From the NCBI GenBank assembly GCA_012295275.1, contig CM022674.1:8866001-8930000 (forward strand): a DNA stretch of 64,000 nucleotides. Reading direction: 5' to 3'. Below, piece by piece: positions 42,359 through 55,541 of the stretch (within the stretch, counting starts at the first letter, position 1; every line of letters starts with the position of its first letter). The DNA comes from Chrysomallon squamiferum (lineage: Eukaryota; Animalia; Mollusca). The notes beneath the pieces were generated by a model. The model worked only from the letters and a program-made list of their open reading frames with translations. It ran no database searches and was not told the origin of the DNA. Made by a program: the position numbers and the translations under genes.

Positions 42359-44171
42359 GTAATTTCTAATTACTTGATGAATTCAACAATATCAGTGATA
42401 ATTTTAATGTATAATAATTATATATAAAAAAGAAAAAAATACACTTGTGCAATTAGCAACAAGTTATATATTATAAACACCTTCCCATAAAGATCATATT
42501 ATTGTCTTAACGACTGGTGGCAGGATTGGAAAATGTCACACTGAGAGATCTGTGAAGAACAAAACATGTGCCCCATCATGACTAATGTCAGTAAGTACAA
42601 ACACACAAAATCACTCAGATAAGTTTTTACATAGATGAGTGTAACAGATGTGTCTCCATAATACACAATCAATATTACTGTGAGTGTGATGATGATGGTA
42701 AGTTCACTTCTTGTTAAATATCTGCTTTTTTCAAACACAGAGAACAAATTTTCTTGTTCAGACAGTGAAATATTTTAACTCTGATTAATATAGATCTGGA
42801 AAACTGGTTAGTTAGTCATCAAGCTAGTCAAATTATTTAGTGTGACTGTTACATGAATATTCACTGAAAATTAATATAACTAGGTAATGATCAGTTAATC
42901 AAATTATTTGACATTTATATAAATGTGAACATAAATTAGTACAACTAATTATCAGGGCTTAATACTAATATCAACTGTTTTATTTTCAAACACAGAGGTG
43001 CATGGATACAAACATCCACAAACACAAGCAAACACACACACAGACACACAAACTACTTTATCATTATTATTTGAGAAAAAAAAAAACCCACTGATACCTG
43101 TAAGTCATTCTAATGAATATTCATTTCTTTTTTCAATACATAAAATTCTTGAAAATGTTTAAAATATATATTTTTTGTAATAAGCTTTTGTTAATGATAT
43201 ATATTTTTAAATTAGTATTTTTAAAATTACATGCTTCATTTTTTAAAGTATTCATAATGGGGTTTTCGTATTTGTAGCAGTTAATTATTTTTATTAGAAT
43301 TTTGCTACACACAGGTCAGGATAATAATCTTTATTAAATCAGTGATAGAACATATCTTTTAATGGAAAATTTTGCTGTAATATATTATAAAATACTTCTG
43401 TCTACTATTTTATTTGGGAATAATAACTGATATACTGATTTCTTTGTATATTTTTTTCTCAGTTTGACAGGCAGTAAATCAAGAAAGTCTTTAAGAAATG
43501 TCATGAAACATTTTCTTTTCCATGCAAAAACAAAATCCCTTTTCTTTCTTTTCTTTTACTATCTCAGAGACATAATTCAATCCTTGCTTTCAGTATGCTA
43601 ATATTGCTGTTTCCAGTGTGGTACAGCTGATATGAGAACCAGTTATTTGATTTACATTTATGCAAATAAACAGTACTAGTTATAGGAAAACAACATTATA
43701 ACAACAATAGCAAACAAACTAAAATAGGTCAGAATTTTTGTTGTTGTTATTGTTGTATAACAATAAATACCAAAATTATTTTATAATCATAACATAATAT
43801 TAAATGAAAAACGTAGTAATGTCTTCAACTAAGTAATATTAATGATATATTATGTAACATTAACATATTCTATTTAAATTGACTGAACATATATAATAAT
43901 AAAAAAAAAGAAGCATACAATAAGGAAGACTTCTAAAATTGTATTATGAAGAATTCTAAAATTGTGTTATATGTAAGAATCATCAGATAAAAAATACAAA
44001 TATTATTTATTCACCTTAATTAATTGCTAGTTATAATTTTCTTGCCACAAACAAGACTTGTAACAAACATTACAACATAGAAAACAGAAAAGCGAATGAC
44101 TTCTAAATATGTTTTCATTATTCACTCAAACAGATGGACACACTTATGTAGACTTGTTTGTGTATTTGCAG

Positions 44172-44255
44172 AATGCTGATCTGTTTGAGATGTTGGAGCG
44201 ACTGCAGGGCAAGCGCATTGATGATCAGCGCTGTGATATGTCCGCATTTTTCAAG
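44172..44255 (+). CDS. RAP1GAP: Rap1GAP GoLoco exon A (NADLFEMLERLQGKRIDDQRCDMSAFFK)
   Basis: ttgcag| acceptor, aag|gtaata donor, 84 nt, phase 0-0. Closely resembles the vertebrate Rap1GAP GoLoco (NTDLFEMIEKMQGSRMDEQRC) and has the acidic-Gln-Arg triad. Confidence 0.93.
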
Positions 44256-44299
44256 GTAATAACTGAATACACATTTTGTTTTTTTGCACTATTGTGAAT

Positions 44300-45664
44300 T
44301 CACTAGTTTGTACAATACACTGAATATACTAGTTTGTAGAAAACACTGACTACACTAGTTTGTAGAAAACACTGAATACATTGTTTATACAACACACTGA
44401 CTACACTAGTTTATACAACACACTGACTACACTAGTTTATACAACACACTGACTACACTAGTTTGTACAATACACTGAATACATTGTTTATACAATACAC
44501 TGACTACACTAGTTTATACAACACACTGACTACACTAGTTTGTACAATACACTGACTACATTGTTTATACAACACACTCACTACACTTGTTTATACAACA
44601 CACTGACTACACTAGTTTATACAATACACTGAATACACTAGTTTGTACAACACACTGAATACACTTGTTTATACAACACACTGACTACACTAGTTTATAC
44701 AATACACTGAATACACTAGTTTGTACAATACACTGAATACACTTGTTTATACAACACATTGAATACACTAGTTTGTACAATACACTGAATACACTTGTTT
44801 ATACAACACACTGACTACACTAGTTTGTACAATACACTGAATATACTACTTTGTACAACACACTGACTACACTAGTTTGTACAATACACTGAATACACTT
44901 GTTTATACAACACATTGAATACACTAGTTTGTACAATACACTGAATATACTACTTTGTACAACACACTGACTACACTAGTTTGTACAATACACTGAATAC
45001 ACTAGTTTGTACAATACATCGAATACACTTGTTTATACAACACATTGAATACACTAGTTTGTACAATACACTGAATACACTTGTTTATACAACACACTGA
45101 CTACACTAGTTTGTACAATACACTGAATATACTACTTTGTACAACACACTGACTACACTAGTTTGTACAACACACTGAATACACTAGTTTGTACAATACA
45201 CTGAATACACTTGTTTATACAACACATTGAATACACTAGTTTGTACAATACACTGAATATACTACTTTGTACAACACACTGACTACACTAGTTTGTACAA
45301 CACACTGAATACACTAGTTTGTACAATACATTGAATACACTTGTTTATACAACACATTGAATACACTAGTTTGTACAATACACTGAATATACTACTTTGT
45401 ACAACACACTGACTACACTAGTTTGTACAACACACTGAATACACTAGTTTGTACAATACACTGAATACATTTGTTTATACAACACACTGACTATACTAAT
45501 TTGTACAACACACTAAACACACTAATTTGTACAACACACTGAATACACTTGTTTGTACAATACACTGAATACACTAGTTTGTGCAACACACTGAATACAC
45601 TAGTCTGTACAACACTCTGGATATGTTAGTTTGTACAATACACTGAATACACTAATTTGTACAA
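44300..45664. repeat. 26-bp minisatellite, about 52 copies (acactagtttgtacaacacactgaat)
   Basis: Directly visible; begins about 45 nt downstream of the GoLoco exon A donor. Confidence 0.97.
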
Positions 45665-47259
45665 TTTTATTTCAGAAATGTTAATTTGCTATATTTATTT
45701 CTAAAATTTTAAAAATTATTGTAATTAAAAAATAGTTACTAACATTTGTTTTTCATTCAGAATCTTTTTTGATATAGAAAACCTGATGCAATTTTATTTT
45801 TAATAATTTTTAAAATCAATATTATTAAAATTGTAAAAAGTAAACAATTCAGCAATAACTAATATAATCAGTGGTTCTTTTTCTCCTTGTTTGACTCCAC
45901 GCAAAGCTGTTTTAACTGTGATTCTCTGCATTCAGTAGTTTGTTCTTTTCTACTTTTCTGCTTTAATTAACACAAACTTTTTGACAAGAATGATAAAATT
46001 CTTTTCATTTTTTTTTCATTCTGCTCTGCCTCAAAGCTTTCAAATAACAAACATTTATTTTTCTCTTTCACCTTACTCTGTCAGATGCTCTCCACTTTCA
46101 TTTCCTGCATTAATCTACAGATTTTATTTTTCAAAACTCTCTATTAATTTTTTACATATATTTTTTCTTTGTTGTGGTAAAAATATAATTAGAGAAAAGA
46201 AGAGAAATTTGTAAAATTGTAATTACTATAAAAATTCAACTGTTTGAAAAAATAAAAAATAAAAAGAGAATGATTATTAAATTTCATCAGTCTAACAAAT
46301 TCAATAAACTAATTTAATAAAATATTGATTTTTACCCTGGAATTTCAGTTTGTAAAATTTTTTTATTTTTTTCATAAATTAATATATTGAAAATAAGTGT
46401 AAGCTTTTTTACATGAAATAAATAATATATCATTTACATTTGTAACATTACAACAGACTTCTGAAATGTTATGTTTCCATTTCACATCTCTCCCAGGCAG
46501 CAGGTATTTGTAAAATGAAAAACAGAATGTTGACAATAGATTATGTTCACGAGAAAACAGTATTTCTTGTTTGTTTTGAAAGTAATACGACAAGGTGACC
46601 ATAAACATCTTCATTATTTTTTAAGTGTTTTTGCCACGTTCAAGGCTAAATATCATATGTTTTTGTTAATAAATATTTTAATGACCTATGTCCATGATAG
46701 TAAAATATTAAATTTTATTACTGTGTTTCCTAAATTCAGCTGAAATATGCTGCATACTTTACAGATGAAATAAAATTTAGGAAACCAAAAAGTTATAATA
46801 TGAAATATATTTTTATTTTCATACAGGAAGATGTTTATATTCAAAACATACTATAAATAAAACAAAACATTATATAGCATTAGTAATGTAAGAAATTCAA
46901 ACAATATTTTTTTATATTATTTTGAAACATAATTTCTTTGCTTATAATTCATTAATAATAATTAAAATGTTAATCAAAAAATCATTTGACTAATTTCTGT
47001 TCTTTCCTTCCATAATTATTATTATTATCTTTTTGTAAAAGAAATATGTTAGTATGTATATAATAATACCATCATTTTAATCTATATATAAAAAATCTCA
47101 AAAAAGAAACAACAACAAAACAACGACATAAAACAGAAAAACCCCAAACAAATCATAATAAAATATACTGTTTATCTGAAACTGATGCAGTTTTAATTAA
47201 AAAAAAAATCTCTTTTAATCTAATCTTTATTTATTTATTTGCTTCCTGTGCACATCCAG

Positions 47260-47349
47260 GGACCTGATTTCTTTGATACTCTTCTTAAAATCCAAAGTCG
47301 ACGGTATGAGGATCAGCGCTGCACAATGCCCATTCCCAAACCTTCACAG
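47260..47349 (+). CDS. RAP1GAP: Second GoLoco exon B (GPDFFDTLLKIQSRRYEDQRCTMPIPKPSQ)
   Basis: catccag| acceptor, cag|gttgtt donor, 90 nt, phase 0-0. Fits the GoLoco consensus FFxxLxxxQxxRx(D/E)(D/E)QR. Missed by the ORF track. Confidence 0.85.
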
Positions 47350-48007
47350 GTTGTTCTGCATGTTCTGTAACCCGTCTGTTACTGCTTCTCTTACACTGTA
47401 ACCATGTGTTACACAACAGTAATCTTCTGAGTATAGCAATTGTATAATTATATTACTTATTGCATGTTGTAATAGTATAAATCTCAGATGAAAATTTATA
47501 ATTATGTTCTTATTGCATGGTCTGTTTAACATTATTACTTATACATCTATATACCCTGATCTCGTATAATAAAAACAAAAATTATATTGGCACAGAATTA
47601 TTCTTATATTACACATTTATTTATTTTGTATCATGATGGACTCATAATACAGTATATTTCTTACTGTTTGCTTTTCCTATACTGCTAGTAATAATTAAAA
47701 AAATAATAATAGCAATAACCTCTTCTGTGACCAAGTTTTTAATGAGTATTTCTCATGTCAAAGTTGTAACAAACCATCACACAGGTTGAGTGGTGCTAGT
47801 GGATTGTAACAGTGATATTCATGTTATCATTTATGAGATGAATTTGTTTTATATGGTCTTTTTAAGCATAATAACTGTTTCAGTTTTATTTATTTCAATC
47901 TGAATAAACAGGATGTTGAAATCAACTGTAATAACTGAGTATTAAATTTTTTGTCCCAATTAAAAAAAACAAAAACAAACAATAACAACAAATTAATAAT
48001 AATTATG

Positions 48008-48066
48008 GATGTGTGTGTGTGTTTTTGTGCTGTTTTTTGTATATATATTCATATAATCTGTGTGTA

Positions 48067-48100
<34 letters not shown>

Positions 48101-48206
48101 TGTGCTGTTTTTTATATATATATTCATATAATCTGTGTGTATGCGCGTGTGTGTGTGTGTGTGTGTGTGTGTTTTTGTGCTGTTTTTTATATATATATTC
48201 ATATAA

Positions 48207-48252
<46 letters not shown>
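48008..48252. repeat. Composite repeat: ~75-bp unit containing (GT)n, 3 copies
   Basis: gtttttgtgctgtttttt.tatatatattcatataat followed by (GT)n, three times. Confidence 0.9.
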
Positions 48253-48255
<3 letters not shown>

Positions 48256-49202
48256 GTGAAATTTTAATCCAGCTCCAAATCAGTTTAGTAAAGTTTGTAT
48301 TCTTTAAGAACTGTACTGGTATGTAAGACAGTTTTAGTTATTCAATAGCAAGTTTGTCTCATTCCTGTCACGTCAGCCCAGTTACACACCATGCGAGCGT
48401 GAGAACAGTTTTGTATTGTTGATGTTTATCTACAGAACTCTCTATTGTTGGAGACACAAATCTGGAGCATGATTTCCACTTGGAGTACAGTTTCCTGCTG
48501 GTTCTCAGGCTGCCCAGAATACTTCATTCATAGTTCTCTGTTGTGTATTCTTTTTAAATATGATGATGATGATAATCATCATCATAGCAATGACAATAAT
48601 AACAATAATAATAATAATAGTAATGAGGATGTGTTCATTTCAGTAATAATTCTTTTATTATTTTTTTATTACACAGATTAGTGGTTTATTTAATGTATTT
48701 GATTTATTTTCTTACAAATTCTTTTTATATTTATTTAAATGATTTTGAAAAAATTTCAGTTATTTGTTATCTGTTACAGAATAAAAGTAAGTTATATAGA
48801 AACAAGTATTATTTAAAAAAATGAAATTAATAACTATAAATATTTGAAAATAACAAGTTAAAAATACATAAAAGTTATTTGTAGAGTGATTTGGTTTTGT
48901 ATTATTAACAGTTATTTTCCATCACAAGAGATCTGTGTTTGCCTCACTCAGTGAAAGATAACAGTTAATCAAAGTCTGCGAGAGCTGAGGACTTGTTTTA
49001 GTAGTAACTGTGTGAACACTGTGACAGTCAAGTGGTAGACTATGCAGCACACTGACATTTTACAGCTGGCTGTTTTTCATTTAGCTTTAAAAAAGACAGA
49101 CAGAAAACACATTTAAAGAAGAAAGATGAAAGTAAAATTTGCATTATTCATCACAATGCTTTAACTTTATATTGAGTAAACAAACTAAAAATATTAGTGT
49201 GT

Positions 49203-49288
49203 GTATGTGAAGGTGTATGCTCACTGTGTTTTAATATAAAGTATGTGAAGGTGTATGCTCACTGTGTTTTAATATAAAGTATGTGAAT
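49203..49288. repeat. 38-bp tandem duplication
   Basis: gtatgtgaaggtgtatgctcactgtgttttaatataaa occurs twice. Confidence 0.9.
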
Positions 49289-49517
49289 ATGTTTTAATTA
49301 CTAAGCATTATTTTTTGTTGCTTATGTTGAAAATAAAACAGTAATAATCTCTTAGAAATTTTTAAAGATAGAAACAATAACATTTTAAGCATTAGAACAA
49401 ACTAAGGTAATTAATTTTTTTTATTAATTGTTATTATTTATTATTATTATTATTATTATTGTTGTTGTTGTTGTTTTTAACCTAACAACTATATTTAAGT
49501 ACTTTAAATATCTCTTT

Positions 49518-49519
<2 letters not shown>

Positions 49520-49574
<55 letters not shown>

Positions 49575-49694
49575 CCACAGACACACAGACACACACACAC
49601 ACACAGACACACACACACAGACCCACAGACACACAGACACACACACACACAGACACACAGACACACACACACACAGACACACATAAACACACAC
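49520..49694. repeat. (CA)n / CAGA compound microsatellite
   Basis: Directly visible. Other microsatellites include (TA)n at 6202-6250 and 55207-55234, (GT)n at 8642-8692, 54589-54635 and 57572-57614, and (ATT)n at 52558-52648. Confidence 0.95.
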
Positions 49695-51125
49695 TTTATC
49701 CATATTAATGAGGATTCTGTTTATTCAACCAGACATTTTACAGTTTTAGTATTTATTTTTTTATCTCTCTGCTATGCACAGAATAAAATAAATATTGATA
49801 AGTCATACACTTCTGAAATAAAAAAAAATATCCATTACTACTATCTGGAGAATATCAAAATAATATTTTTTCTTTATCACATAAATATTCAGGAATATTT
49901 ATGAAGTCATAGTGAATGTTGAAATCAGAGAAAACACTTGTGTGGGTGGAATTTTGCTTTTAGCTTACAATTGTTGAGTCTTTTCAAGATACATCAAACA
50001 CAGTGTCCTCTTGCATTTTGTTTAAAGTCAGTAAATAATCCATCCATAAAGCATGACAGGAAATATTTCTAACAAAATGACAGTTGAAGAAATCTTGATT
50101 TTCACGTTTCTGTTATCTTGTTAAAACAAATCCATTATTTGTAAAATTTGAGAAATTACTGTATTATACAATTAATTGAATTCTGTACTTTTAATTATTA
50201 TGTTATTAATGTGTTTGTTGTTGTTTTTGTCTTCTCTTTATTATTATTGTTATTATTATTATTCATAATTGCTTTCCTTGGTTTCTCACTATTCTTTTTA
50301 GTTCTTTGTTTTTTTGTTTTTTAAGTCATCATATTAGGCTTTGTGACAGTTTCATACAGAGCAGTCAGTGACTGACACTTGTGTGTTGTAATGTTATGGA
50401 ACTGTATGTTGTAACACGAGCATGCTACACACAAACATAAAAATCACATTTCCTTTGAGAAATATTTATCTATGCTAATGTATGTGAACATGTAAAGGAA
50501 GATGGAGAGAGTGAGGCAGATCAGACAACAGGACAGAAAGAAGAGAGAAATATGATAATGTTATTTTATTAGTAGAAAATAACTAGACTTTAAGTAAAAT
50601 TGAATATTGGTGTTTATTTTCATTATCAATTAGTATTATTTAATACATGAATATAGGAAAAACAAGAAAATTTCATTTCAGTTTCAAATTATTTTAAATG
50701 TTTATTTTAACTGGGAGAAAATGATATAACTAAGTAATTAACAAATAAGGAAACATTTTATAAATATTACTCAGAGATGTGGTACTTGAATGTGTAGGAA
50801 ATAATTTAACAATCTACTTAAGTTTGAGTGATGGTGAGGAAAGGATGTCTGTTTAATCAACACTGCTCTGTTCCTGCTTCACTTGTCAAACTCTGCTACA
50901 GTGTATGCAGTTTGGTGACTACAGTTTAATAATATTAATAATAATGATAATAATATATATACATATGTATTTATTGTCTCATTTTTGTGTGTTTTAATGT
51001 ATTTTGGAAATGTTCCATTTCATTTTTTTGTTAATTGTTTCAATCTGCATATTTTTGATAGTGTTTGCCTTTTCTTTCTTTCATTATTTAAAAAAAAAAA
51101 AAAAACATTTTCTTTTTTATTATTA

Positions 51126-51157
<32 letters not shown>

Positions 51158-51925
51158 ATTATATTATTATATATATATATTTTTTATTTTTTATAACTAT
51201 ATTAATGTTGTTATTGAATCACATGAACAAATAATATGAGTTATGGAGAATATATTCATAACTGCATTTATGTGGGTGTGTGTGTGTTTAAATTATGAAA
51301 AATAAGTGTTTGTCATGTTAGAAGCAGGTGTAACTGATGTTGAGAGTATGTTGAAATGATATATTGATATAAATGATAAAATCTGTTACATGTATTAGAA
51401 CATAAAACGTATTAGAACATAAAAAGTGTCTTTTATACCTGCATGTTCAGCATAATGTTTATTGTATCATCTGTATTCGTTTCATTGTATGGATCACATA
51501 TAGATTATTATTATCTGCATTTTTAGTTCTAGACATTTTAGAAAGCATTCACTGTATATCATTTTTAAATACTTTAAAAAACAACAATAAAACAAATACA
51601 AAACTAACCACAAAAATATCAAATACCACAAATTAACTGTCAAACATACACGCATACATACATACATAGATACATACATGTACACATAGAACTTACAGAA
51701 CCATCAATCCACCCACCCAAATCACTCTTACACACACACACACACACACACGCTGATGTGCGTACACCACATACACTTTATAACACTGGATACAAAGAAA
51801 TGGTTTGAAATGATTTTAATTCTAATATTTGTATTAAAATTGACAAACAGCTCTCTGCTTACACAGGTCTGTTAAATGACAACACAATGTGTGATGAATT
51901 AAATAAAACTTTGTCTTCATTTCAG

Positions 51926-51973
51926 AATTCTATACAAACACAAGAAACAGAAGAAAACAATAATATTAAAGAG
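51926..51973 (+). CDS. RAP1GAP: Rap1GAP linker exon (NSIQTQETEENNNIKE)
   Basis: tttcag| acceptor, gag|gtaatc donor, 48 nt, phase 0-0. Occupies the position of vertebrate TEEDYIPYPSVHE before VLGREGPFP. Confidence 0.75.
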
Positions 51974-52215
51974 GTAATCAAAAACATTTTTTAATTTGTA
52001 GAATTTTTACTGATAACATCTTTTGTAAATTGTGTTGTAGTTTTATTTGTGTGTATGTGTTTGTGTGATTAACTAATATAATTAACATATATAATTAATG
52101 TCCTTACTTAAGAATATTAATTTTACTTTTTATAAACTCATATTTGCTTTTCTTTTTTGATTGTAGAAGCATTAATATTTGAATTTCATATTATAATTTA
52201 TTTTTGAAATTGTAG

Positions 52216-52395
52216 ATTCTTCAAAAACCAGGACCATATCCCATGGTTGTGCTTCCCCCTAGTGGTGGATACTGGATAGAGGGGACAGAACTCGAGAGTG
52301 ACAACAATTTGCCAACCACATTACCATGTTCCTTGGAGTACAGTTTAGATCTGGATGAAACAGCTCACTGTTACAGGCAACATTTCCTAGGAAAA
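52216..52395 (+). CDS. RAP1GAP: Rap1GAP exon (ILQKPGPYPMVVLPPSGGYWIEG...TAHCYRQHFLGK)
   Basis: Conserved GPYPxxxLPxxGGYWIEG and YRxHFLGK motifs; tgtag| acceptor and |gtgagt donor; 180 nt. Confidence 0.95.
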
Positions 52396-52599
52396 GTGAG
52401 TGTGTGTTTAGTACTCAGTAGAAACAGATTTCACAAAATGACTAAATAATGCTTATTAGTTCCATAAGATGTAAATACAAAAATGTCTTTTAATTTTTAA
52501 ATATCTTTTCAATTTTTTATTTATTCATTTTTTTTCTCTTTATATGTTGATGTTGCTATTATTATTATTATTATTATTATTATTATGATTATGATTATG

Positions 52600-52631
<32 letters not shown>

Positions 52632-52985
52632 GATTATTATTATTATTTTGTGATTATAAAAGATTACTGATTGAACAGATTTGAAAACATGCTGAGATAA
52701 TTTATTATAGATTATTATAGTCTGCTGGATCATAATGAATTCCTTTATCAAATAAATATATATTTTTAAATGCAGTCAGAATTTTTTTTTTTAAATATCA
52801 GTTTTGGTTGTAAAGATATCCATTGGATCAGATGCTGTGAAGTTGATCACTGTTAAAATAGTCTTTATCTTGTTTTTCAAGTTCTGATTTAATCTGATGT
52901 AGAAGACACAAACAGATTTGGTTTGTGTCTATTATCATCAGGTCACAGGATGTTGTAAAACACACAGATACATCAGGCAACAATC

Positions 52986-53444
52986 CACTGACACTGCAGT
53001 CTGGTGTACACAGTCACTGCAGTCTGGTGTACACTGACACTGCAGTCTGGTGTACACAGACACTGCAGTCTGGTGTACACAGACACTGTCACAACAGACA
53101 CTGACACTGCAGTCTGGTGTACACAGACACTGCAGTCTGGTGTACACAGACACTGCAGTCTGGTGTACACTGACACTGCAGTCTGGTGTACACAGTCACT
53201 GCAGTCTGGTGTACACTGACACTGCAGTCTGGTGTACACTGTCAGTCTGGTGTACACAGTCACTGCAGTCTGGTGTACACTGACACTGCAGTCTGGTGTA
53301 CACAGTCACTGTCACTGACAGCAGTCTGGTGTACACTGGTGTACACTGACACTGCAGTCTGGTGTACACAGACACTGCAGTCTGGTGTACACAGTCACTG
53401 CAGTCTGGTGTACACTGACACTGCAGTCTGGTGTACACAGTCAC
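52986..53444. repeat. 23-bp minisatellite, about 20 copies (acactgcagtctggtgtacacag), quasi-palindromic unit
   Basis: Directly visible; the unit contains the palindromes actgcagt and gtgtacac. Confidence 0.96.
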
Positions 53445-53748
53445 AATCTGTCTAAACTAGTTTTGTTTGTTTTAATAACAGGAAAAAAAAGTGTTATTTT
53501 CAAAGACCTTCTGTGTAAGATAAATACTTTTTTAAATACCAGAAAACAATGACAAATAATTTTTAGCCTCTTTTCTGTATCAATATTTTTGTTGTGTATA
53601 AAATTTTACCATCAAAGGTTCTTGAAACAGCAATATCACAATTTAATAAAAAAAAGTTTGTTGTTGTTATTATTATTATTAAATTTGTTATTTTTAAAGG
53701 TTTTAATTAGAAGATCTCTAATATATTCTAAGAATGTGATTTTTTGAC

Positions 53749-54125
53749 AATGTATACATCATAATGTACAGTATGAGTAGTTCTACAATACCTGTGTCAG
53801 TAAAACTACTCAGTGAATACATCATAATGTATGGTATGAGTAGTTCTACAACACTGGTGTGAGTGAAACCGCTCAATGTATACATCATAATGTATAATAT
53901 GAGTAGTTCTACAAAACTGGTATGAGTGAAACTGCTCAATGAATACATCATAATGTATAATATGAGTAGTTCTACAAAACTGGTATGAGTGAAACTGCTC
54001 AATGAATACATCATAATGTATAATATGAGTAGTTCTACAAAACTGGTATGAGTGAAACTGCTAAATGAATACATCATAATGTATAATATGAGTAGTTCTA
54101 CAAAACTGGTGTGAGTGAAACTGCT
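53749..54125. repeat. 63-bp minisatellite, about 6 copies
   Basis: aatgaatacatcataatgtataatatgagtagttctacaaaactggtatgagtgaaactgctc repeated; gives the 21-aa periodicity of the minus-strand ORF. Confidence 0.95.
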
Positions 54126-54585
54126 TACATCTCGCACTGGAGTAGTTCCTGTTTTACTTAGTTCACTGACAGACAACTTAGTTTGTGTTTTCTGAAACCT
54201 CCATATAACTGAAAAACAGACTTCGGAGGAAAACTCCTGTCTCAGTGTGTTCCATGTGTGGCCCCAAAACAATAAATCAGTATGTTTGTTTTTATAAAAT
54301 GTTATAAGACATGTAAAATACATTTCCAGCTACAGAAGTAAAAATTAGGTAATTCACTTTAATGATCCATACAAATGAGCTGTTATAAATTGTTTTGTAC
54401 AGCATTTTTGAAGTGTTATGTTTAAATTTATGTTTGTAATTTACTTTATTGTTGAAATATATTTTAACAACATACTGAAGTTGTTTGTGTAAAGCCACTT
54501 TAAGACAAAATGGTTAACAGATAATTCACAGTCTACTGACAACTGTTAGTTTTTGAGTCAAACAAGTGATATATTTTGTTATTTC

Positions 54586-54636
<51 letters not shown>

Positions 54637-54964
54637 AGTTCAGTGAGTGTGAGTGGAACCTGTTTATGTTAAAAATTAAAAACAGTGCTAATCATGATAA
54701 TAAAAACAGTTTTTAAAGGAAAATACAGAAGTGAAATCTATTAATACCTACATAATATTTAAATATGTATTGAAATTAATTATTGTACAATGATTATATT
54801 ATTGACCCATCATAGTTTTATTGTTGTTTCTTTTACTTGTGATATTAAAATGTAATCACTGACTATATTATTACAATTTGATTAATATTATTATTATTAT
54901 TATTATTATTATTGATAAAATTATTATCTCATTATTTGTTTATACCTATGTTAAACTGTTTCAG

Positions 54965-55065
54965 GAACATTTTAACTACTATGCTGCAGATGAGAATGTG
55001 GGTCCACTAGTTTTATCTATGAAAAGTGAACCTGAATCTGAAGATAGTATTAGAGCTGTTTTGAG
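54965..55065 (+). CDS. RAP1GAP: Rap1GAP dimerisation-domain exon (EHFNYYAADENVGPLVLSMKSE...IRAVLR)
   Basis: EHFNYY motif; ttcag| acceptor and ag|gtaagc donor; phase 0-2. Confidence 0.95.
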
Positions 55066-55203
55066 GTAAGCAATACATTTTTTCACATGTTATTGTACAT
55101 GCAAATTTTACATAATCATTTCTCCTGATTATACTTCATCTGAATTTTGTCAAAATATAAAACTACTGGTCAATGCAGTGTTTAAATGCATTGACTATCA
55201 TTA

Positions 55204-55237
<34 letters not shown>

Positions 55238-55465
55238 TTTTATATAATTACTGAATATTGTTAATGTTATAATAAATTTAAAAAGTATATTCTAATTATA
55301 TACATAATATTTAAACATGGGTTGAAAGTTAAAAACATAAGTGATGATGACTTTAAACATTTTAAAAACATTTTCAAGCTTTGTTATGTAGATTACTCAT
55401 TAAATATTTTGGGTGTGTAAATGTGTGTGCATATATATGTAATTTGTATTTATGTTTCTGTTCAG

Positions 55466-55541
55466 GACACGGTTTGGAACGAAACATGAGTTGGTGCCGC
55501 CCTGCAAGTTTGATCAGCCAAACCCAGTGAAAGTTGCCAAG
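55466..55541 (+). CDS. RAP1GAP: Rap1GAP exon (TRFGTKHELVPPCKFDQPNPVKVAK)
   Basis: ttcag| acceptor, aag|gtttaa donor, phase 2-0, continuous with its neighbours. Resembles vertebrate TKCRTYHDVIP...PNVVQMAK. Confidence 0.9.

Noticed and set aside
44300-45664. CRISPR-like appearance of the regular short-repeat arrays (also 52986-53444 and 61412-62611)
   Set aside because: Units are head-to-tail with no unique spacers, there are no cas genes, and the context is eukaryotic introns.
48436-48540. Possible third cassette exon between GoLoco B and the linker exon (tctacag| followed by an open frame)
   Set aside because: No convincing donor and no GoLoco or other motif.
47951-49904. Cys/Val- and His/Thr-rich ORFs
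   Set aside because: Translations of (GT)n/(CA)n and (ATT)n microsatellites.
53718-54323. 201-aa minus-strand ORF with 21-aa repeats (longest ORF in the track)
   Set aside because: By-product of a 63-bp (multiple of 3) minisatellite, antisense within a Rap1GAP intron, with no recognisable domain.
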